A DNA stretch of 45,869 nt. Origin: a virus. Both the position numbers and the translations under genes were made by a program. The stretch spans positions 1 to 45,869 of the IMG/VR virus record IMGVR_UViG_2721755987_000001; one strand, written 5' to 3'. Below, piece after piece: positions 40,615 to 45,869 of this stretch (the stretch's first letter is position 1; the number at the start of each line of letters is the position of its first letter). Below the pieces are notes generated by a model. That model was not told the DNA's origin, ran no database searches, and saw nothing but the letters and a program-made list of their open reading frames with translations.

Positions 40615-41640
40615 ATGTTTGAGCTTTCAAATTACACCCAAGTTCCAAATCAGTTCTTGGACAACATAAATTGTTTCAGCAATGCCGAGTTCAAAGTTAT
40701 GGCCCTAATTTTCAGGGAAACGCTTGGCTATCACAGACAGGTAGCAGAGATACCTAACAAGCTTTTTCAACACAGAACCGGACTGTCGCATCAGGGTGTC
40801 AGGAATGCGATCGCCTCACTGAAGTCGCGGAACTGCATTTTTGAATCGAAGGGGAAGCTGCATAACTCCTACGGAGTTGTCCTTGAGTCGATCAACTCAG
40901 TTGATCAGTCGATCAACTCAGTTGATCAGTCGATCAACTCAGTTGATCAGTCGATCAACTCAGTTGATCAAGCGTCGCCCGAAACCCTTGAAAAATCCTA
41001 TGCTGCAAGCTCCCTAAAGAAAGATCTAAAGAAAGATCTAAATAAACTTAAAGAAAGGCCGGATCCGGAATGCGCGAGAGAAAAATCGCTTCGCTCTTCC
41101 GAACCAGCCAAGCCGACCCAGGGGATAAACGGTGGATCGGAGGTACGGGCTTCGCTGCCAAGCGAGCTAAAGAAACGGGTCGTGCTGAAAAGAGCTGTAG
41201 AGGATCAGGGTTCCGCCGACGCGCCGCCGCCTGCGGAAAACTTTGAGCCGTGGTGGAGTGACCCCGGCTCCCCTGATCAAGAGTTTTTGGAATACCTTCT
41301 GCGGTTCTACCTGCCCACCGTGCCGAGCTACCGAGATACGAGCCTAAACCTCGGACACGCCCGCCTGTGGCTCAGCCGCGCCCGCCACGACGATGGCCGC
41401 CACGAAGCAGCGCAGATCCAGTACCAGTGCTTCCTGGAGTGGAAAGACCGCCAAGCCCCGCAAGCCCCGGCCGCTAGGACTCCCACCTCTGCCAACCCTG
41501 TCCCGCTGCCCGTACCTCTGGCTGCTCGGCTAAGGGGTATGGCGCGCGTGCCCGCGCTCCGATCCCAGGCGATCGCCCGTGCCAGGGAAGCGGGTATCCC
41601 CATCGAACACCTCGGCTTGGCGGAGGTTGATCATGCCTAG
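40615..41640 (+). CDS. Replication initiator, lambda O-like N-terminal domain (341 aa)
   Basis: YTQVPNQFLDNINCFSNAEFKVMALIFRETLGYHRQ...TGLSHQGVRNAIASLKSRN matches the phage replication-O/replisome-organiser pattern. Iterons are embedded in the gene. Confidence 0.7.
   Translation: MFELSNYTQVPNQFLDNINCFSNAEFKVMALIFRETLGYHRQVAEIPNKLFQHRTGLSHQGVRNAIASLKSRNCIFESKGKLHNSYGVVLESINSVDQSINSVDQSINSVDQSINSVDQASPETLEKSYAASSLKKDLKKDLNKLKERPDPECAREKSLRSSEPAKPTQGINGGSEVRASLPSELKKRVVLKRAVEDQGSADAPPPAENFEPWWSDPGSPDQEFLEYLLRFYLPTVPSYRDTSLNLGHARLWLSRARHDDGRHEAAQIQYQCFLEWKDRQAPQAPAARTPTSANPVPLPVPLAARLRGMARVPALRSQAIARAREAGIPIEHLGLAEVDHA
40886..40969. repeat. Origin iterons: 4 perfect tandem 21-bp repeats
   Basis: Unit (AGTCGATCAACTCAGTTGATC) x4, each containing the palindrome ATCAAC-TCA-GTTGAT. 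Encodes (SINSVDQ)x4. Confidence 0.9.
41015..41060. repeat. AT-rich region next to the iterons (candidate DNA-unwinding element)
   Basis: TAAAGAAAGATC x2 (41015..41038), followed by TAAATAAACTTAAAGAAAGG. Confidence 0.55.
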
Positions 41641-42103
41641 CTCCCCGCTGGTCAGCTCCGTCTCCCTTTTTGTCGAGTGCCTGGCCCAGCGCCAGCACTT
41701 AAGCGACCCCGATTACCGCCTGGAAGTCACTCGCTGGGCCTTCGCAAACGACTGCGAGATGCTGCTTTCGGATGAGGGCGAGCTGGTGGACGTGCGTCTG
41801 AGGCTGATTGACCTGCGCTGCCTGCTGGATTGCTTTTTGGCAGAGTGCGGACTGGCTGAATGGATCCCTCCCCGTCGTCTGGTAGTCGATCAGCGAGTGG
41901 TTCTTTGGGCGATCGCCGCGCTAGAGCGCACGGGGTACTCCCCCGAAAACATTGTCTCAGCCCTCGGAAATCGCCCCGTGGAGAGCCATTGGAATTATTT
42001 GCGTACCAGATTGCCTTACGAGGCTTTAGAGGCGCTTCTAGCCCGCCTAGTCGAAAAGTTTGAGATTGGAGATTTCAATGAACACCGACCAACTACCAAG
42101 TGA
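41633..42103 (+). CDS. Hypothetical protein (156 aa) downstream of the initiator
   Basis: Track ORF 41579 trimmed to ATG 41633, which overlaps the stop of the O-like gene. Confidence 0.5.
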   Translation: MPSSPLVSSVSLFVECLAQRQHLSDPDYRLEVTRWAFANDCEMLLSDEGELVDVRLRLIDLRCLLDCFLAECGLAEWIPPRRLVVDQRVVLWAIAALERTGYSPENIVSALGNRPVESHWNYLRTRLPYEALEALLARLVEKFEIGDFNEHRPTTK

Positions 42104-42112
42104 GGTGCCCTT

Positions 42113-42523
42113 ATGCCTCTAGAGCGCGACCGATACCCCGCTGAGTGGGAGGCGATCGCCCTCCGAGTAAAGGAAGCAGCCGGCTGGTGCTGTGACCACT
42201 GCGGCCGCCCGTGCCGAAGACCAGGGCAGCGGTGGCTAGATCTCGCCTTTGAGCTTGAAGAAGCGGGGTGGGGACGGGAACTGGAATACCCAGGGCGTTT
42301 CGTTTTGACCTGTGCCCACCTTGACCAAGACCCCAGCAATAACGACCCCTCTAACCTGCGAGCGCTCTGCGCCCCCTGCCACCTTCGCCACGATGCACCC
42401 TACCGGAAGGCAAACGCGCACTCGAAGCGCGAGCGGTGTGGGCAGATCTCGCTCGACATGCTCATAACCCCAGAGCCGGATGGGCATGGGAAAGGTGCGA
42501 TCGCCCCATCACCCGACTCCTAA
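42113..42523 (+). CDS. HNH endonuclease
   Basis: CDHCGRPC...LTCAHLDQDPSNNDPSNLRALCAPCHLRHD gives the Cys4 plus H-N-H arrangement. Confidence 0.8.
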   Translation: MPLERDRYPAEWEAIALRVKEAAGWCCDHCGRPCRRPGQRWLDLAFELEEAGWGRELEYPGRFVLTCAHLDQDPSNNDPSNLRALCAPCHLRHDAPYRKANAHSKRERCGQISLDMLITPEPDGHGKGAIAPSPDS

Positions 42524-42563
42524 TCCCTAACCTCCAACCGAGCTAGAAAAGTTGAGAGAAGAT

Positions 42564-44174
42564 ATGACCACCACGAAGAAAACTTGCTCAGGATGTCAGC
42601 ACAGTGAAATCAATTTTGATGAAAAAGATCCAGCGCTAAAATGCCAAGCTGGCAAATTCGCTGGAGCGATTATAGCGGAGGGAGTGATTGCTGATATTCA
42701 GGCTGAGAAGTGTGAGGAGTACACACCCAGCAATCCTCAGATGCCAAGCGATCGCCTCTTTCCCTCAAGGCCCGTCGAAGTCGATCCCGTCGCGGTTTAC
42801 AAGGGCGAAGTCTACTACTCTGAGGTGAAAAGCGGCGCGTGGCACCTAGCAACGCCGGAAGAAATCAAAGCGCTGAAGAAGGGCGATCGCGTCTCTATCG
42901 CAGGCGAAAACTGGAGCTACAGCTATCTCCGCTGGGACAGTGTTGAAGCTGAGGCAGTGGTGGAGTTTATCGGGTCGAATTTCCGCACGCGAATCCCTGC
43001 GGCAAAGCTTCAGGTGGAAGGACGGATGAAGCCCGTAGAAAAAGTAGAAGAGCCTGTGAAAGAGGTGCTAAGTCCTACAGTCGAAACCTTTAGAGCGCTA
43101 GACAGGGAATACGAAGAGGGGCTTGCCCGCGCTGCTGAGTTGCCGCCTGTGGTCAACGTCTCGCGGGCACTGATGGATGATCCCTTTGGCGATCGCCAAG
43201 GCAACCCAGCCAAACCCACCCTCGATGCTGCACCCGCTGCCGTCGAGGTTGTCCCCATCGAACCTCAGCAGCACCTCAGCCAGCTCGAAGAAGCCATCCA
43301 GGCTGGGCTAGAGATGATGGAGCAAGGCAAAGCGCGGATCTGGCAGGCAGTTGCACAGATCCAAGCTGAAGAGCTTTGGAAGCTGTCCGGGCACGAGAGT
43401 TTTGAGGCGTATTGCAAGGCCCGCTGGGGCTGGCAGCGCTCCAATGCCTTTGAGGTGGCAGGCGCGGGGCGCATCTTGGGCGAACTGCGTCAGTCCGGAA
43501 TTCCGGACTCTGATCTGCCGACCTCTGTTAGCCAAACCCGCCTGCTGGCAAAGCTGCCACCCGACCAGCGTGCCGAAGCTTGGCGGGAAGCCAGCGCCGA
43601 CGGCAAGCCCACCGCCGCTAAGGTCAAGGCAGCGGTGCAGCGATTTGCCGAGCCGCCACTCAACCCAACCATCACGCACAAGGATCTGGGCATCTCGCTG
43701 GAGGGGCTGAAACAAAACTTTGAAGAGAAAAAAGAGCAGGCGAAAAAGCCCTCGCCCGAAAGCCCGCACGTCTTTGGGGCGCTCTCCGAGATTCACTATG
43801 CTGTGAGGCGGCTGGCAAAAATCAATGAAGCGCCGTGGGATGAAGGCGAGATCGACCGCATTGCCGATCACTTAGTGCAAGCGCTATACGAAACTCAAAG
43901 CCGTGTGCCCAGAGGAGTGCTGAAGCTGGAGCGCAACGCCGATGGCTGGCTGATCAAAGAGGTGCCGCTGAGCGATGCCGAGTACCTTGCTCTCACGGGA
44001 GTAGCGAAGCGACTCAACCCCAGCCAGCCCAGCTTGAAAGCGGCGCTGCAACATCTACTGGCTCCACCCGATCCAGCCGCCCTGCTGGACTGGCTGCCCA
44101 GCCTGAAACCCGACGATCTGGCGCTAGTGAGCGATCGTATCGACCAAATTTTGGCAGAGAGGGAAGCCGCATGA
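42564..44174 (+). CDS. Hypothetical multidomain DNA-binding protein (536 aa): N-terminal Cys cluster plus DUF3102/ParB-HTH-like middle domain
   Basis: Track ORF trimmed to ATG 42564. Contains CSGC...C...C. The segment ELWKLSGHESFEAYCKARWGWQRSNAFEVAGAGRIL resembles the 13236 gene region. Confidence 0.6.
   Translation: MTTTKKTCSGCQHSEINFDEKDPALKCQAGKFAGAIIAEGVIADIQAEKCEEYTPSNPQMPSDRLFPSRPVEVDPVAVYKGEVYYSEVKSGAWHLATPEEIKALKKGDRVSIAGENWSYSYLRWDSVEAEAVVEFIGSNFRTRIPAAKLQVEGRMKPVEKVEEPVKEVLSPTVETFRALDREYEEGLARAAELPPVVNVSRALMDDPFGDRQGNPAKPTLDAAPAAVEVVPIEPQQHLSQLEEAIQAGLEMMEQGKARIWQAVAQIQAEELWKLSGHESFEAYCKARWGWQRSNAFEVAGAGRILGELRQSGIPDSDLPTSVSQTRLLAKLPPDQRAEAWREASADGKPTAAKVKAAVQRFAEPPLNPTITHKDLGISLEGLKQNFEEKKEQAKKPSPESPHVFGALSEIHYAVRRLAKINEAPWDEGEIDRIADHLVQALYETQSRVPRGVLKLERNADGWLIKEVPLSDAEYLALTGVAKRLNPSQPSLKAALQHLLAPPDPAALLDWLPSLKPDDLALVSDRIDQILAEREAA
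43492..43509. repeat. Palindrome-family copy 5 (perfect 18-mer inside a CDS)
   Basis: AGTCCGGAATTCCGGACT, encoding QSGIPDS. Confidence 0.9.
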
Positions 44175-44302
44175 ATTCACCCGATAAAAGCGGATGGGTA
44201 AAAATTTCAGCCAAATCGCTCTGGGATCAGAATGAGCATCCTGAGGCGATCGAGCAGTCGCCTCAGAAAGAATTCGCCGCTCGTGTTGGACGGGATTGTT
44301 GA
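44171..44302 (+). CDS. Hypothetical small protein (43 aa; below track cutoff)
   Basis: ATGA coupling to the upstream stop. Own translation: MNSPDKSGWVKISAKSLWDQNEHPEAIEQSPQKEFAARVGRDC. Confidence 0.3.
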   Translation: MNSPDKSGWVKISAKSLWDQNEHPEAIEQSPQKEFAARVGRDC

Positions 44303-44313
44303 GGGAGAGACTG

Positions 44314-44664
44314 ATGACCAAGCTCACTTTGGCAGAGCTGCACCAGCGGCTCACAAAGTTGGAAGAGCAGCAGCGCTGGGTGGAGCGCGTGTTGGAAGCC
44401 TACGGCATTCGCGGGCTGTGGCTGTCGCCTGCCAAGGCTGCGCCGCTACTGGGAGTAGGGCGCGATCGCATCATGGCGGAAATTCGCCAGGCTGAAAAAA
44501 TGCGGGCGCTAAGGCAGCAAGGCGACCTGCAATACGGTATTCACTATCGCAACGTGCAAGACCCTGAAGCTGCCGAACCGACCTGGCAAGTTCACGTCGA
44601 GGCGTTTGACGGCGTGCTTCAGATCCCACCAGATGAGCGCCGCCTGCCCATCACCTCTCGATAG
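44314..44664 (+). CDS. Excisionase/RDF-like HTH protein (116 aa)
   Basis: Track ORF trimmed to ATG 44314 (GGGAGAGACTG upstream). WLSPAKAAPLLGVGRDRIMAEIRQAE is a MerR/Xis-type HTH. Lies adjacent and convergent to int, with a 46-nt overlap. Confidence 0.5.
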   Translation: MTKLTLAELHQRLTKLEEQQRWVERVLEAYGIRGLWLSPAKAAPLLGVGRDRIMAEIRQAEKMRALRQQGDLQYGIHYRNVQDPEAAEPTWQVHVEAFDGVLQIPPDERRLPITSR

Positions 44665-45731
44665 ATCTTCAGGTAGGGCTGCTCTCCCCACCAAGCGCGA
44701 TAGGTCGTGAGGTGAACGTCTAGCGAGTGGCCCATCGACTGGGCTAAAAAGTCTGGGCTGAAACCCAGTTCAAACCCGCGACGGGCGTAGGAATGCCTCA
44801 AATCATAGGGATTAAAGCCCAGCTTGAGCTGCCGAAACTTTTGAGACACAGCCATTCCTAGCTGATTGTTATTCCGCCCTTCAATCCTGACGGGTGGCAG
44901 CTCCCAGCTTTGAAAATCCATCTGCCAGCCATCACCGGGCAACGGAAACACGATCCGTTGCCCGGTTTTTGTTTGGTTTGGCACTTCTAATAAAGCTGGA
45001 TCTTCTTGAAGGCGATCGGGAATTGCCAACAGCGCCTCATGCGGGCGCAGCCCATACACAGCCAGCGCTGAATACAGCCACGCCCACCCGCCGCGAAACC
45101 TGCTGGCAGCGGCGGCGATCGCCTCATCAGTTGGCAAGTTGCGCGGGTTCACACTGCGATCGCTGGAATAGCCAGCACCCAGCGCCGTCAGCTCTTGATG
45201 CCCCTCCAACCCCGCAAACTCTGCCAGCCGCCGAAACGCATAGGCATATCCCTTTCGGCTGCGAGTCGCTGGGGCGCTGCGCTCCAAAATCACTCGCTTC
45301 AGCAGCTCCAGGCTGAGGGGTTCCTCCTGTGGTAAGTGATTGAATTTCAGCTCAAAATCTTTGTGCCACGTATTCAGCTTGCTTGGCTCTTGGGACGTGC
45401 GGCTCCAGTGATCCGCCTCGAAGCGCTCCAGCCATTCGCCTACGGTCTGCGCTGGCTTCTGCTTTCCCCTCAGCCACGGCGACCAATCGAATTTCTCTCG
45501 AATAAGCTGGCTTTCGATCTCGTGAGCGATCGCCACTGCCTGATTCAGCCCAGCCGGCGTGGCCGGCTTGCCTGTGGCGATCTCCTGAGATTTGGGGCGG
45601 CTACCAGTTCCGGGCTTGGGTGGTAGCGTGGCCCGCAATGAGAGGCGATCGCCACGACGGCGGATAGACACTAGTTTGAGCTGCTGATTAGCCTGCTCAA
45701 TCCGCTCATCAATTGCCCAAATTTTGCCCAA
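44619..45731 (-). CDS. int: Tyrosine integrase
   Basis: 370 aa. GLRPHEAL, YDLRHSYARRG (H-x-x-R) and MGHSLDVHLTTYRAW (catalytic Tyr). Lies next to attR and the tRNA. Confidence 0.9.
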   Translation of the reverse strand: MGKIWAIDERIEQANQQLKLVSIRRRGDRLSLRATLPPKPGTGSRPKSQEIATGKPATPAGLNQAVAIAHEIESQLIREKFDWSPWLRGKQKPAQTVGEWLERFEADHWSRTSQEPSKLNTWHKDFELKFNHLPQEEPLSLELLKRVILERSAPATRSRKGYAYAFRRLAEFAGLEGHQELTALGAGYSSDRSVNPRNLPTDEAIAAAASRFRGGWAWLYSALAVYGLRPHEALLAIPDRLQEDPALLEVPNQTKTGQRIVFPLPGDGWQMDFQSWELPPVRIEGRNNNQLGMAVSQKFRQLKLGFNPYDLRHSYARRGFELGFSPDFLAQSMGHSLDVHLTTYRAWWGEQPYLKIYREVMGRRRSSGGI

Positions 45732-45812
45732 GAATCAGCCCTCAATCAACCCTAATCAACCTACTAAAACCGTAGGTGAGTGAAAACCCTAAAACGCTGA
45801 AATCCTTGAGAA

Positions 45813-45869
45813 CGGAGAGAGAGGGATTCGAACCCTCGGTACGGCCTAAACCGTACAACAGATTAGCAA
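45813..45869 (-). tRNA. tRNA-Ser(GCU): tRNA-Ser(GCU), 3' portion only (window ends in the anticodon loop)
   Basis: Minus strand reads TTGCTAA (loop, anticodon GCT), TCTGT, a long variable arm GTACGG..CCGTAC, the T arm GAGGG-TTCGAAT-CCCTC, acceptor TCTCTCC and discriminator G. No encoded CCA. Confidence 0.8.
45849..45869. repeat. attR core, 21-bp direct repeat identical to 1..21
   Basis: Covers the tRNA anticodon loop, the 3' anticodon stem and the start of the variable arm. Confidence 0.85.

Larger units (their letters stand above)
1..45869. mobile_element. Integrated temperate prophage (siphovirus-type), attL to attR
   Basis: Identical 21-bp repeats at both ends. tRNA-Ser 3' half and tyrosine integrase at the right end. 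Terminase, portal, capsid, tape measure, tail, repressor and replication genes lie in between. Confidence 0.85.

Noticed and set aside
40886-40969. Possible CRISPR-like or minisatellite array.
   Set aside because: The units are directly abutting 21-bp repeats with no spacers, in frame inside the replication initiator gene. Origin iterons explain them better.

Overview
This window is one essentially complete temperate, siphovirus-type prophage of about 45.8 kb. The host is cyanobacterial: the HIP1 octamer GCGATCGC is scattered through nearly every gene. The element is delimited by a 21-bp direct repeat (1..21 = 45849..45869). That repeat lies in the anticodon-loop/variable-arm part of a tRNA-Ser(GCU) gene, whose 3' half is visible at the right edge. 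A tyrosine integrase and an Xis-like gene sit next to it.

Recognisable modules:
- Packaging and head genes (terS, terL, portal, MuF-like head protein, scaffold, major capsid, connectors) at 15.6-27.8 kb on the + strand.
- Tape measure plus one distal tail gene at 27.9-32.6 kb (+).
- Tail-tube and chaperone-position genes, together with a second tyrosine recombinase, at 9.0-11.9 kb (-).
- Tail-tip/fibre genes at 0.5-6.0 kb (-).
- An immunity switch (XRE repressor with a small divergent Cro-like ORF) at 38.7-39.4 kb.
- A lambda-O-like replication initiator with four perfect 21-bp iterons inside the gene (40.6-41.6 kb), an HNH endonuclease and an M15-peptidase endolysin.

Accessory content includes a sigma-70 family factor, HU, a Lys/Ala/Pro-rich H1-like protein, and a low-GC, HIP1-poor moron island between the head genes.

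The most unusual feature is an operon of envelope proteins ending in a membrane-anchored FtsK/TraB-like ATPase with a winged-helix-like tail. Clustered 8-bp repeats (GTAGAACC) resembling a clt/KOPS-type recognition array lie in its 3' portion and immediately downstream, and a decayed M23 peptidase fragment follows.

All functional calls come from motif recognition by eye. No database search was run.
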